Shown: piece after piece, positions 21,016 through 34,685 of the stretch
Numbering within the stretch: the stretch's first letter is position 1
How the letters are laid out: each line of letters begins with the position of its first letter
Source: Parcubacteria bacterium OLB19
Lineage (GTDB): Bacteria; Patescibacteriota; Minisyncoccia; Phycocordibacterales; UBA918
Reading direction: 5' to 3'
Length of the DNA stretch: 64,000 bases
Assembly (NCBI GenBank): GCA_001567365.1
Contig: JZEL01000013.1
Span: 39,058 to 103,057, forward strand
The notes under the pieces: model-generated
Databases searched by the model: none
What the model saw: only the letters and a program-made list of their open reading frames with translations
What the model was told of the DNA's origin: nothing
Translations under genes and position numbers: made by a program

Positions 21016-21056
21016 CCAAAATAAAAACAACTTCATGAAAATGAAGTTGTTTTTAT
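21016..21056 (-). terminator. hairpin terminator after the large repeat-protein gene
   Basis: aaaaacaacttcat-gaaa-atgaagttgttttt with a T-run on the minus strand. Confidence 0.55.
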
Positions 21057-21067
21057 TTAATAATTAA

Positions 21068-24000
21068 TTAGACTTCTCCTCCTGTAGCCACCACGTTAAT
21101 TCTGTATTCTGCTTCAGCTGATACTGAAGGCTCATCATCAACGGTACATTTGACTTTTATAATCTGAGTTGAAGTCAATTCTCTAGTAGTATATTCTTTT
21201 AGAGTAACATTTGAACTGGAATTTGGTTTGTGATTAAACTCCTTAACATGATCATCAACACCATACACATTACAGGTCACATTCTCGTCTGAAGTAATAT
21301 CTATTTTAATATCAGCTGTCTGACTTTTTCTTATTAGACTTGGTTCAGCTGTAATTTCAATTGTTGGTGGTATAGTTGTTGAAACAACCGGAACTGAACT
21401 AGATTCGCAAGTATAAACTTTAGTAGTTGCGTTATAAGTTTCTACTAAGCTTGTATCACATCTTGCGTATACAACCACAGAATCAATAGGACTAGCCAAA
21501 TGACTACTTCTAAGAGTGAAGTTTGTCCCACCGTAATCAATTGAAGTAACTCTGCTACTTACTATATCTTCTGGTCTATCTAAAGACAACCACACAGCTC
21601 CCCTCTTATCAACCTTAACGTCTAAATAACCATTTGAATTCCATCTCACAGTAGTACTGCAAGTTCTTGTTCCTGGTATGGTTATAGTACAATCATCAGC
21701 TTCAATAGAACCGTCTGGCAATGGAGACACGCCTAATATTACTGTTACACTCTTTGATATATTACCAAAAGGACCATTACAATCTAAAGTGAAAGTTGTA
21801 TTAGCAGTGATTGGGGAACTATCTGTAGAACCATTAATACCTTTTAATCCACCCCATCCACCACTAGCTGTACAATCTGTAACATTAGTTGCATTCCATT
21901 CTAATCTTGTAACATTACCATAAGAAACAGTAGTTGGGTTAGCAGTGAAACTTAATGTAGGTGAATTAACAACAACAGAGGAAGGTGTATAACTAACCGT
22001 TACTGGATTACTCCAAGGACTACAACCACCTGAGTTACAAGCTCTTGATCGTAAGGTATTCACCCCAACACCTAAACCAATTGCTTCGGGTGTACCTTTC
22101 CAATTCGTACCCGCACCTACGTTATAAATCAAACTATCAACCATAACATGGTAACTATTGGGAACATTATTACCGTCCCATTCAACAGTTATTGTATCTG
22201 TCGCTGTTACATTTGGCTTATCAACCCATATATTGGAAATTGTTGGCGGTGTCGCAATTGGGTGAACAACTAGGGGTTTTATACTGCTCCAAGGACCACA
22301 ACCGCTAGCATTACAAGCTTGAACCGAGACGGAATAAGAACCATCTGCTAGACCTAGCTGTGAAGGAGTGCCACACCAATTTGTTTCAGAGCCCATAATA
22401 TAGACCTTACTATCAACCTTTATATTGTAATTAGTTGGACTATTGTTACCTGACCAATTAGCACAAAAACCATTTATGGGTGTTAAAACATAGTCGGATG
22501 ATAACACTATATTTATATCTGCAGAGGTTGGTGCCACACCAGTAGCCGAACCGGTGACATTTATAATTTTATCATCACTCCAATCACTACAACCAGCAAG
22601 ATTACAAGCTTGAACGGAAATTGTATGTAGGTCTGCCCCCCAACCTAACATGGCAGGTGTACCAGTCCAAGACACTGCGGAAACTACTGGATATATAACT
22701 TTCTTGTCAAGCATAATATTGTAATATGTTGGAGTATTATTACCAGACCAAGTAGCAGTGAAGGTACCACTAACAGGCACACTAGAAGGACCTACATCAA
22801 AGCTTGATAATGTTGGTTTACCTACAACCGGACTAGTTACTGTCAATTCAGCTGGATCGCTCCATTCACCGCAACCACCAGTATTACAAGCTTGGAAATA
22901 TATATGATGTTTTCCAGGATACAAGCCCAAGGATTCTGGTGTACCAGTCCAAGTATTAGTCACACCAAAATACATTCCTGCATTATATAAAGTGCTATCT
23001 ACTAAAGCGTTATAGTAGTAAGAATGAGTATCACCAGACCAAGTAGCAGTGAAGTTCTCATTTGTGGCTACAGATTTAGGATTCACATTAACTTTTGCTT
23101 TACCTGGAGTCGGCAGAGCGCTAGTTATAACTAGTTTTTTAGAAGGACTCCAGTCACTACAACCACCTGAGTTACAGGCCTGAACAGATACATAATGTGT
23201 TCCAGCCGGTAAAGCAAAAGATGTAGGAGTTCCTGTCCAGGTGTCTGCTGAACCCATGTCATATACGACACTATTAACTTTTATATTGTAACTAGTTGGA
23301 CTATTGTTACCGCTCCAATTTGCTGTGAAGTTATCCAAAACCGATGTGTAGGGTGGGTATTGAATCAAATCGACAGAAGACGTGGTTGGAGCAATTTCAG
23401 AAGAAACAATCACTTCAATGGTTTCGATAGCACTCCAATCACTACAACCATGTATATTACAAGCTTTTGAAGCCACAGAATAAACAGTATCTTTTACCAA
23501 CCCCAACGATTCTGGTGTACCAGTCCAAGAAGTTAAAGCACCCATAGATACTTCCTTTCCATTAAATCTAAGTACGTAACTACTAGGGGTATTATTACCA
23601 GACCAAGTAGCAGTGAAGTTTCCTTTCAATGAAAGCTTGTTTGGGTTAACACTAATATAAGATATTGTAGGGGCTTTACCACCTGGAACAACTGTTATTG
23701 AGCCTGAATCAATAACTTCCAATATTTTAGAAGGACTCCAGTCACTACAACCACCTGAGTTACAGGCCTGAACAGATATTTTATTAACACCAGTCACTAG
23801 CTTAGGCACCAAAGAATCTGGTGTACCAGTCCAACTTGTAGCAGGACCAACATCATATACATTTGAATTAATCATCATCTTATAACTACTAGGGGTATTA
23901 TTACCAGACCAAGTAGCGGTGAACTCACCTGTAGGCGCAACTGAAGTCACACTTAACGATAACCATGAATTCGTTGGCTTATCTTCCAAGACTTTCAACA

Positions 24001-24352
24001 TCTTAGAATCACTAAGTAGACACCCACCTGAGTTACAGGCCTTAATACTAACATTATAATCCCCTGGCGTTGGCTTGCCAGACCAGGTAGTAGACATACC
24101 GACTGGAGTTTCTACACCATTTACAATTATGGAATATGATGTTGGGCTATTGTTAGCAGACCAAGAAGCATTCACAGTAGTTCCGTAACTAGCAGTGAGT
24201 GGGCTGACTGTCCAAGTGGTAAAGGTTGTGGGTTTAGCAGCATAACTAACGAAAGGAACTACTAAAAAACAAAACAATACTGTAAAAAATAAAATTAAAT
24301 ACTTTCTGTATTCACTAAATATGAGCTTGGGATTGTAAACATTTTTAATCAT
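21068..24352 (-). CDS. large cell-surface protein with ~10 tandem ~95-aa Ig/FN3-like repeats carrying a conserved ACNSGGCSDWS cysteine motif
   Basis: Signal/TM N-terminus; a repeat unit (T/S)ATWSGNN(S/T)P(S/T)SY...V.....W(T/S)GTP.....G...(V/I)SVQACNSGGCSDWS recurs about 10 times. DNA-level repeats are visible, e.g. ggactccagtcactacaaccacctgagttacaggcctgaacagata at ~23148 and ~23738. The C-terminal 350 aa are non-repetitive. Confidence 0.7.
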   Translation of the reverse strand: MIKNVYNPKLIFSEYRKYLILFFTVLFCFLVVPFVSYAAKPTTFTTWTVSPLTASYGTTVNASWSANNSPTSYSIIVNGVETPVGMSTTWSGKPTPGDYNVSIKACNSGGCLLSDSKMLKVLEDKPTNSWLSLSVTSVAPTGEFTATWSGNNTPSSYKMMINSNVYDVGPATSWTGTPDSLVPKLVTGVNKISVQACNSGGCSDWSPSKILEVIDSGSITVVPGGKAPTISYISVNPNKLSLKGNFTATWSGNNTPSSYVLRFNGKEVSMGALTSWTGTPESLGLVKDTVYSVASKACNIHGCSDWSAIETIEVIVSSEIAPTTSSVDLIQYPPYTSVLDNFTANWSGNNSPTSYNIKVNSVVYDMGSADTWTGTPTSFALPAGTHYVSVQACNSGGCSDWSPSKKLVITSALPTPGKAKVNVNPKSVATNENFTATWSGDTHSYYYNALVDSTLYNAGMYFGVTNTWTGTPESLGLYPGKHHIYFQACNTGGCGEWSDPAELTVTSPVVGKPTLSSFDVGPSSVPVSGTFTATWSGNNTPTYYNIMLDKKVIYPVVSAVSWTGTPAMLGWGADLHTISVQACNLAGCSDWSDDKIINVTGSATGVAPTSADINIVLSSDYVLTPINGFCANWSGNNSPTNYNIKVDSKVYIMGSETNWCGTPSQLGLADGSYSVSVQACNASGCGPWSSIKPLVVHPIATPPTISNIWVDKPNVTATDTITVEWDGNNVPNSYHVMVDSLIYNVGAGTNWKGTPEAIGLGVGVNTLRSRACNSGGCSPWSNPVTVSYTPSSVVVNSPTLSFTANPTTVSYGNVTRLEWNATNVTDCTASGGWGGLKGINGSTDSSPITANTTFTLDCNGPFGNISKSVTVILGVSPLPDGSIEADDCTITIPGTRTCSTTVRWNSNGYLDVKVDKRGAVWLSLDRPEDIVSSRVTSIDYGGTNFTLRSSHLASPIDSVVVYARCDTSLVETYNATTKVYTCESSSVPVVSTTIPPTIEITAEPSLIRKSQTADIKIDITSDENVTCNVYGVDDHVKEFNHKPNSSSNVTLKEYTTRELTSTQIIKVKCTVDDEPSVSAEAEYRINVVATGGEV

Positions 24353-24355
24353 AAT

Positions 24356-25204
24356 CTATTGTTTTGCTATTAAAATCACTTCTTTGGCTACAGTATCCGT
24401 ATTATCTAGATTGGCTTCAGGGTTAAAGCTAAAAAATATATCATCTCCAACTTTAATATCACTAATATTTATCTCTTTTTTTGCATGCTTAATATTGTAA
24501 CGATTTTCATCATTAATACTAAAAATATCAGTATTGCCCCCTAGTGTAATAGTCAGTTTTTCGGTACCTGCTTGATTGAATAAATATGGTATATATTCAA
24601 TCTTAGAATTTTCTAAATTAACCACTCTACCTTTTACATAAGACATAGAACTGTTTACCATTTTCTCTGACTCTGTAGCAAGTGTTTCAGTAAACTTATC
24701 TTCACTAACGTTAACAATACTTGAAATTGATAAAATATTTTCAATCAAAACATCATTTGGTCTACCATTAAAAATAACATTAACAACATCTCCTTCCTTT
24801 AAATTAATTAAGTTTAATTCAACTTTTCCACTTCTAAGAACAGATCCATCTGTATCTTTAGACACAATTAATTTTTGTATTAAAGTATTTTGTGTTAACT
24901 TTAATTTAACATCTTTATCACCAAAATTAACTTTTTCCCCTAGAGTAAATTCACTTGAAGAAAGTTTTACATACATCTCACCCTTATCATAATCTATCGA
25001 CTTAATTGACGCATTGGCATTTAGTGTTTTTATTTCTATTTCAGTATTATTTGCAGTATCCAAATTATCTACAACCGTAATCTCTTTAGTATTAGACAGA
25101 TAATTCCAGCCAATAACTAATAATAAAATTAACATTACAGCAACCAACACTAAACCAAAACCTTTCTTCTCTCTTACCACAGCTTCCGATAAATTGTTGT
25201 CCAT
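24356..25204 (-). CDS. membrane-anchored hypothetical protein, co-oriented 4 nt upstream of the repeat-protein gene (probable operon)
   Basis: ORF track; N-terminal TM helix GFGLVLVAVMLILLLVIGW; beta-rich Asn/Lys-rich ectodomain. Confidence 0.45.
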   Translation of the reverse strand: MDNNLSEAVVREKKGFGLVLVAVMLILLLVIGWNYLSNTKEITVVDNLDTANNTEIEIKTLNANASIKSIDYDKGEMYVKLSSSEFTLGEKVNFGDKDVKLKLTQNTLIQKLIVSKDTDGSVLRSGKVELNLINLKEGDVVNVIFNGRPNDVLIENILSISSIVNVSEDKFTETLATESEKMVNSSMSYVKGRVVNLENSKIEYIPYLFNQAGTEKLTITLGGNTDIFSINDENRYNIKHAKKEINISDIKVGDDIFFSFNPEANLDNTDTVAKEVILIAKQ

Positions 25205-25277
25205 AAAATAATATGTTTAAAGATTTATAAATTTTAATGTATTGTAACATGCGCAATTTTCATTAAAGCTGAAAATA

Positions 25278-25310
25278 AACAAAAAACACCGCAAAGCGGT
25301 GTTTTTTGTT
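25278..25310. terminator. rRNA operon terminator (palindromic)
   Basis: acaccgc-aaa-gcggtgt flanked by A6 and T6 runs, just downstream of the 5S on the minus strand. Confidence 0.55.
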
Positions 25311-25328
25311 GGAGTATTAAAAACTTAA

Positions 25329-25437
25329 TGTTGGCGCCTACCTACTCTGCCCCTTACGGAGTACCATCGGCGATGAAGAGCTTAACTTCCGTGTTCGGAA
25401 TGAGAACGGGTGTACCCCCTTCGCTAAAGCACCAACA
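25329..25437 (-). rRNA. rrf: 5S ribosomal RNA
   Basis: The reverse complement TGTTGGTGCTTTAGCGAAGGGGTACACCCGTTCTCATTCCGAACACGGAAGTTAAGCTCTTCATCGCCGATGGTACTCCGTAAGGGGCAGAGTAGGTAGGCGCCAACA matches the bacterial 5S consensus (CCGAAC...GAAGTTAAGC...GCCGATGGTACT...GAGTAGG). Confidence 0.8.
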
Positions 25438-25861
25438 TTAAATTTTCAATAAAGTCATCTTGTATCGCGTGAGATAATTCCCAACCGTAGTTGAGAGGGA
25501 GCGCGGGAAACTGGGAAACCAGTATTATCAAGTATCTTTATCCATCACAGTTAAGTGTAAAAAAAAAAAACTTAATATCCCGCGCAAAATCATCTCACGC
25601 GATACATGCAAATGCATATTCTTTTTTGGTAAAACCACAATTCAAAATTGTACTCTGTGCACAACATCAGCTTATATATTATGATTTATCATCGATATAC
25701 AGCGTTCCTTACAGTCGAGTGAATGAGTGAAATAAAAGCGCGATAGCATTTTTATTTCCGAGTAAATGAAGACTGTATAAACAATCTCCACCCACATCAT
25801 CCGACGTAAGTTAAACACCTGAATATCTATTCTCATCGATATACAGCGTTCCTTACAGGAA

Positions 25862-29142
<3,281 letters not shown>

Positions 29143-29884
29143 CCTGTAAGGAACGCTATATACCGCTTCTTTTAAAAGCGACGTTCCTTACGGATGTTGT
29201 GCACCGCTGCACAATTTTGAGTGTTGTCTGGTCTCTGAAAAATACAGTAATCAGAACCAGACTTGTGTTTTGGTTTGCTGTGGACGAAAAGACCCTGCTT
29301 GAGGCATAAATCTTTACACAGCAAACCTGTTTTACCTACAGCGTGAAATCACGAAGTGATTTCACGCCACTGCCACGTGTGCGTCGAAACACACGTGGAC
29401 TTTTCGGAACCGACCTTATCAAATCGGTTCCTAGAATATGCAGTTGTATGGACTCTTCCATACAACTCACCTTCGCTCGGTTATACGAAAGTAAAACTTT
29501 CATGCAACTCTCGCTCAGGTGATTTGTCAATGACCGCGTACCTCCTTGAATTTTAGTTTAAAAGACCGCGTGACCGCGGGAGAAAATCGTAAACGAATTT
29601 CGCGCGGCTAGCTTGTTCTTTTTCTAAAACTCATAAATACGTGACCGCCATTCTATACGAATGAAAAATAAAGTCAAGCGCTTATTGTGGTCAAAAACCT
29701 CTAGTTATCTCCACTTTTATACACACTTTTATACACAGGGATTTATAAGGTTATTTGATAAGGGTAATTTAAAAAAGCTGGAAAATTACAAAGCAATTTT
29801 CCAGCCAAAACTAAAATCAAAACTGTTAATTTGGAACATAAAAAAATCTCCCCGTAAAAACAGAGAGACTTTCAAGAAGAACAC

Positions 29885-31090
29885 TTAGTATAATTTATTC
29901 CAATCTATCCACTTCCATTCAGTCCAATCGTCCGTATCAGGATTGATAAAAGTTGTGTACCTTATTAATGGGTTGGCTTTATTGGTAATTTGTACCACCG
30001 CAGCTGGTTTTCCCGAATCGAGAGTAAATGCCATCATATGCAAAATCCAGTCTGGATGCCAATCATTAATAACTTTATGATCAGTTGTATCAAAAGAAAC
30101 AAAACGATCGTCGTACTTGACCGCATTTATCATATCAAGACGAGCCCTATCTGACTGAAAATTATTACTTGGGGTTGGTAAATAATAGGTTACACCAGAC
30201 AAAGTGGACATAACCCTATACTCCTTCCCTACTTCAAAAAAGTGTGCGTCTACATTGGTAGTGTAGTAATACCACTTACCGTCACTTTTTTTATATTGTA
30301 TGTTGCGAGACGTGATCCATCCCGCTTCCACTGCATGTCTAAAGGTTTTTACTACCCCATCCTTTTTAACATAAGCCAGAGAAGATGGTGAATTTGAAGC
30401 TGATCTATAATAACTCCAAGTTAAATTGTTTGCAGGCCAAGTTTGGTAATAACGCCTATCATCCACAACTAGTGACGGAGGAAGATACTTTACCGCCTTG
30501 TCTATAGTAAGAGGTAGGATGTACGGATTTGCACTTACTGGAACAGAGGAAGTCAAATCATATCTCATCTCCCAATGTAAGTGGGCAAAAGTAGTTCCAG
30601 TTTTACCTAAATAAGCCACCGTCTGCCCTTTTTTAACTTTAGCACCATCTACAATACCTGTACCCATTTTTTGCAGATGTAACATTGCACTTTCTACCAC
30701 CATCACTCCGGCAGTATTCTGTGAATAAGGAAAGGTGTGCCTCGAATAGAAGCGCTTACCTTGACCAGAAACGGTCCCTACAGAATCAAGCAAGACAACC
30801 TCACCATCAGCAATTGCCAATAATGGATAACCTTCGTCAGTATCATTACCACACCTACCGTTCCAATCTTCACCCATATGGAACTTCTCTATTTTTTGGT
30901 CGGGATTGAACTCCATATGGAACTGATGTGAATCACCATTGGTTGACCAACCTGGAATTGAACACAACGGACCAGTTTGGTTTTCATTGAACGGCAGTCC
31001 TGTTAGACCAGTTGGCTCCGGATAAGAACCTGCTAAAGATAGATTGCAAAATAAAAAACCAAAAACAACAAACAATGATCTTAATTTCAC
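29885..31090 (-). CDS. secreted M23-family (LytM-like) metallopeptidase with C-terminal extension domain
   Basis: Signal peptide; HMGEDW (HxxxD) and AHLHWE (HxH) zinc-binding motifs separated by a Gly-rich beta region. Confidence 0.7.
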   Translation of the reverse strand: MKLRSLFVVFGFLFCNLSLAGSYPEPTGLTGLPFNENQTGPLCSIPGWSTNGDSHQFHMEFNPDQKIEKFHMGEDWNGRCGNDTDEGYPLLAIADGEVVLLDSVGTVSGQGKRFYSRHTFPYSQNTAGVMVVESAMLHLQKMGTGIVDGAKVKKGQTVAYLGKTGTTFAHLHWEMRYDLTSSVPVSANPYILPLTIDKAVKYLPPSLVVDDRRYYQTWPANNLTWSYYRSASNSPSSLAYVKKDGVVKTFRHAVEAGWITSRNIQYKKSDGKWYYYTTNVDAHFFEVGKEYRVMSTLSGVTYYLPTPSNNFQSDRARLDMINAVKYDDRFVSFDTTDHKVINDWHPDWILHMMAFTLDSGKPAAVVQITNKANPLIRYTTFINPDTDDWTEWKWIDWNKLY

Positions 31091-31171
31091 TTTTACACCC
31101 CATAAATGTACTATATTAAAGAACTAAATCGACCTTCATAGATCGATCTTTAATTTATAACACAAAGTTTA

Positions 31172-31874
31172 TTATTTTGCTGTATTAAAAGAATGTAAGA
31201 CTTCCTCAAAAATTCTTATATCTTCACTATTGGTCAGTATTATATAACTAAAATTTTCCCCACCCAAAATATATACTTTCTTATACTCCTCACTATACAT
31301 ATCATCACCTCTAAATCCAATACTAGATATATTATTAATATTCAAATAATATTCTTTGGCAAAAAAAGGTATTATGTCTTTTTCTTTTTTTGTTATCATT
31401 TAAGGTGTTCTCTAAAGAATCCTTAACAACCATTATTGTTATACCCTCGTAAGGATCTTTTTTGTCTGACAACCAAATTATAGATTGTAAATTTTTAATA
31501 TCTCCAGACACCTCTTCTTGTATTTCTACTGTCCACCAATCAGGAAACCTCAATTTTATATTGTAGTTTTTGTTTATATAAGTCTGCCACTCTGAAATAT
31601 TCATATCTTTTTTAACCACCTCCACATTCTCCGGTTTTTCTTCATAGATATGTAAATCTTTTATATCCTTTGGCAGTGCGGGTGCAGATTCAGCTTCTTC
31701 TGGAATGTCTGGGGCAAATTCTATACCTATACCATCATCAACCACAAGAGTAGCTTGCGACTGTTTTTTATTTTCAGTTTGGATAACAAAGAAAGACACC
31801 GCCCCGAGTATTAAAATAATCGCAGTGGAGATGATGATTAAATTCTTCATATTCATAATAAATGATGGTATCAC
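31172..31874 (-). CDS. hypothetical membrane-anchored protein, split by a frameshift in an A/T run (31385-31391)
   Basis: ORFs 31335..31874 (N-terminal TM plus acidic region) and 31172..31399 overlap. Reading the T7/A7 run one base shorter gives a continuous ...TLNDNKKEKDIIPFFAKEYYLNI... Confidence 0.4.
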
Positions 31875-31898
31875 CTAAACTCAACAAAACCAACCCTC

Positions 31899-32535
31899 CT
31901 ACCCTCGATATGATCCATTATGCAATTCATCACGTACACCGATTTTATCAATTAGTATCTGGTGCTTGTAGTCGAAAAAATCACGAGTGAGTTTATCGTT
32001 CATACCAACACGATAAAGCAAGCTTTCATTTGTCATGAGTGCAAAGCGAATTTCCATTCCAATCTCCGCTTCAAAGGCACGAATAGCAGTTTCAATTTTA
32101 GACTGGGGTGGTTTTTTCATTGAAATAAGTAAATCTAGTTGCTGTTCAAATTCACGAACAAAGACACCTGCCACAGCGACAAAATCAAGAGGACCTGCTT
32201 TACGTAAATGCGTCAATAAATTCTTGCCATTGATAGGGGCGGTTTCAAACAAAAAAAGTTTGTAAGGCCTGTAGTTCCTGAAATTTTTTATTTAAACAAT
32301 AATGTAGAACTTTAGTTTTTCGAGTCTTACCCGGCAAAACCATCTGCACAATATGTGAAGTTATAACCCCAGCTCTTTCTAAGGCCGATATTTCAGTACG
32401 AGCAGTACGACGTACCAAACGTGCCCTTTTACACATTTCTTCAAAAGTAAACTCCTTGGACGGATTAAATAAGAAAAATCTTAAGAGTTTGACGCGGGCC
32501 GTGCTACCAAACAGAATGGAAAGTGGATCTGACAT
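31899..32535 (-). CDS. winged-helix DNA-binding-domain protein with uncharacterised C-terminal domain, split by a frameshift in A7 (32251-32257)
   Basis: ORF 32245..32535 carries a wHTH (RARLVRRTARTEISALERAGVI). ORF 31899..32252 continues in another frame; one fewer A gives ...QALQTFLFETAPINGKNLL... Confidence 0.4.
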
Positions 32536-32641
32536 AAGGTGAAGTGGTGAGATTATAACACAAGAGATATGTTCGTAATTATAGACAAAATTTGAGGATA
32601 GTGTTGTATGGTACTTAAATCAAATTTGTTACAATCCATAT

Positions 32642-33001
32642 ATGAAAATCGTGTTTTTGGCTGGTTCATTTCGTGGTAATGACATTACTGACATCAAGCA
32701 AAATATTGAAAATGCAAAAAAATATGTGAATATTTTTATAGAAAATGAAATTCCTTTTTACTCACCACATTTAAATATTAATCAAGAAATTAAAAATTTT
32801 CCTACAAACAAAACCGAATACGCTTCTAAACTCAATCATGCATTTCTTAACTTATGTGATGCCCTTGCTGTATTACCAGAATGGGAAAAATCTTCCGGAA
32901 CCAAAAAGGAGATAGAAGAAGCCAAAAAATCACAAAAACCAATTTTTTATCTTGAAGATAAAGATGCTATTACAAAAATAATATCGTTTTTGAAAGACTG
33001 A
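32642..33001 (+). CDS. hypothetical small protein (119 aa; nucleoside 2-deoxyribosyltransferase-like fold suspected from the MKIVFLAGSFRG N-terminus)
   Basis: ORF track. The N-terminal beta-strand-Gly-rich start resembles DUF4406/DUF1937-type proteins; this is a weak assignment. Confidence 0.35.
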   Translation: MKIVFLAGSFRGNDITDIKQNIENAKKYVNIFIENEIPFYSPHLNINQEIKNFPTNKTEYASKLNHAFLNLCDALAVLPEWEKSSGTKKEIEEAKKSQKPIFYLEDKDAITKIISFLKD

Positions 33002-33011
33002 TTTTAAATTT

Positions 33012-33056
33012 CTAAATACAACAAGCGCGCCCGAAGGGCGCGCTTGTTGTTATTTT
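33012..33056. terminator. bidirectional terminator between convergent genes
   Basis: aacaagcgcgcccgaagggcgcgcttgtt flanked by A/T runs. Confidence 0.65.
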
Positions 33057-33069
33057 ACTAATAGTAAAA

Positions 33070-33483
33070 CTACTTCAAAGTAACTTTAGCACCGGCTTCT
33101 TCTAGCTTAGCCTTTAGAGCCTCGGCATCCTCTTTCTTCATACCTTCCTTCACTACCGCTGGAGCAGCATCTACCATGTCCTTAGCTTCCTTTAGACCTA
33201 GGTTCAACACTTCCTTAACCACCTTAATTACAGCGATTTTTTGTGCACCGGCATCAGTAAGTTCTACTGTGAACTCTGATTGTTCTTCCGCAGCAGCACC
33301 ACCAGCAGCTGGACCAGCTACGGCTACAGCTTGTGCTGATACACCAAAACGCTTTTCCAATACCTTAACTAGAGCATGTAGCTCAAGTACACTCATCTTC
33401 TCTACTTGTTCAACTAGAGCTTTGAATTCAGCAGGAATTTCTACTGTCTCATCAACTCCGGTTGTTGTTGTTTCTTCTGACAT
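33070..33483 (-). CDS. rplL: 50S ribosomal protein L7/L12
   Basis: Ala-rich hinge; C-terminal [40 protein letters not shown]. Confidence 0.9.
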   Translation of the reverse strand: MSEETTTTGVDETVEIPAEFKALVEQVEKMSVLELHALVKVLEKRFGVSAQAVAVAGPAAGGAAAEEQSEFTVELTDAGAQKIAVIKVVKEVLNLGLKEAKDMVDAAPAVVKEGMKKEDAEALKAKLEEAGAKVTLK

Positions 33484-33540
33484 ATAATTTTAAAATAATT
33501 TTAATAATTCTAAATCCTCAAATTTTGTAGAAAAAGTTTA

Positions 33541-34023
33541 TTACTTTTTCGATGCGATAGCGTCAAGAGCAATAACCAATCCTTGAATTGGAGAATTGAT
33601 AACATTGACAAACATACCACGAAGAGTTTGTAGTGGTGGAATAGATGCAATTTCGATCATTTCCGCCTGACTCTTATATACTCCTTGGAATACACCGCCA
33701 ACAATGGCAACATTATTCTTAAACTTCTCAGAAAATTCCTTGATGTTTTGTGCTGGAGCAATTGCATCAGCGCTATAAGCAATAGCCACCTCACCATCGA
33801 GATTTGGCATCTCGCCGGTAAAGGTAGTACCGAAAGCGCGCTTCATGAGAGTCTTTTTGGCTACAAGATAACCTACTCCCTTCTCACGCAAATTCTTGCG
33901 CATCGCTGTAGTATTGGCAACTGTTAGTCCTTTGAAATGAACAAAAACAATTGACTCCGAACTATCACGAACAGTCTCAAGCTTAGCAAGAATATCTTGC
34001 TTTTTGGCTTTTGTAATGGCCAT
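33541..34023 (-). CDS. rplJ: 50S ribosomal protein L10
   Basis: MAITKAKKQDILAKLETVRDSSESIVFVHFKGLTVANTTAMRKNLREKGV is typical of L10; upstream of rplL. Confidence 0.85.
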   Translation of the reverse strand: MAITKAKKQDILAKLETVRDSSESIVFVHFKGLTVANTTAMRKNLREKGVGYLVAKKTLMKRAFGTTFTGEMPNLDGEVAIAYSADAIAPAQNIKEFSEKFKNNVAIVGGVFQGVYKSQAEMIEIASIPPLQTLRGMFVNVINSPIQGLVIALDAIASKK

Positions 34024-34203
34024 AGATACTTAAATATACAGATTTTAATAATGAACACAGGCCATGGATATTAAAGTTATTTAACACCAATAGGCTTCGA
34101 CCCCAAACTAAAGAGATTGGACCTCGGTCGGCTGGCACAAAGACCATTTACTGCAAAAGCAACCAACTGTCATGAGCCTGTTACCGACAATATAACAGAT
34201 TTT

Positions 34204-34497
34204 TTACAAAAGAAAAGTGTCTATGGCTTTTAAGCTAATAACAAGGAGTCCGATAATAGCTGGCCCGATAAGCCATATCCAAAGAAAGTGAAAATAGACT
34301 TTACGTCTTAGAACCAAAGGTAGAGTTACCATTAAAATCGGTAAAGACACATAAAGTATCTTATTAGACTCTACTCCATAAGAAAACCAAGCCACAAAAG
34401 CCACAATTGAAATCAAACCGGAAACAGCAGCTAAGAGCGAAACTAGTCCGGAACTTATTCTATTTAAAACATCCTTCATACCGAAAAAGTATAACAT
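34204..34497 (-). CDS. small membrane protein (97 aa, 3 TM helices), hypothetical
   Basis: ORF track; strongly hydrophobic. Confidence 0.35.
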   Translation of the reverse strand: MLYFFGMKDVLNRISSGLVSLLAAVSGLISIVAFVAWFSYGVESNKILYVSLPILMVTLPLVLRRKVYFHFLWIWLIGPAIIGLLVISLKAIDTFLL

Positions 34498-34552
34498 AGT
34501 TTTTCAAACAAGCGCTTTTCACCCTGAAGATTTTTAGTACAATGTTGCTACT

Positions 34553-34623
34553 CGGGGTATAGCATAGTGGTAGTGTGCGTCCATGGGGTGGATGTGGCGC
34601 CGGTTCGATTCCGGCTATCCCGA
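34553..34623 (+). tRNA. tRNA-Pro (anticodon GGG)
   Basis: CGGGGTA-TA-GCAT-AGTGGTA-GTGT-G-CGTCC-ATGGGGT-GGATG-TGGC-GCCGG-TTCGATT-CCGGC-TATCCCG-A folds as a cloverleaf. The 5' CGGGG acceptor is typical of tRNA-Pro. The anticodon loop is AT-GGG-GT. No CCA is encoded. Confidence 0.78.
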
Positions 34624-34635
34624 CGAATTTGCGTT

Positions 34636-34672
34636 AAAAATAGCGCGGTCCCAAAGGGACCGCGCTATTTTT
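34636..34672. terminator. bidirectional terminator
   Basis: aaaaatagcgcggtccc-aaa-gggaccgcgctattttt. Confidence 0.65.
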
Positions 34673-34685
34673 AACGATTTTTAAA

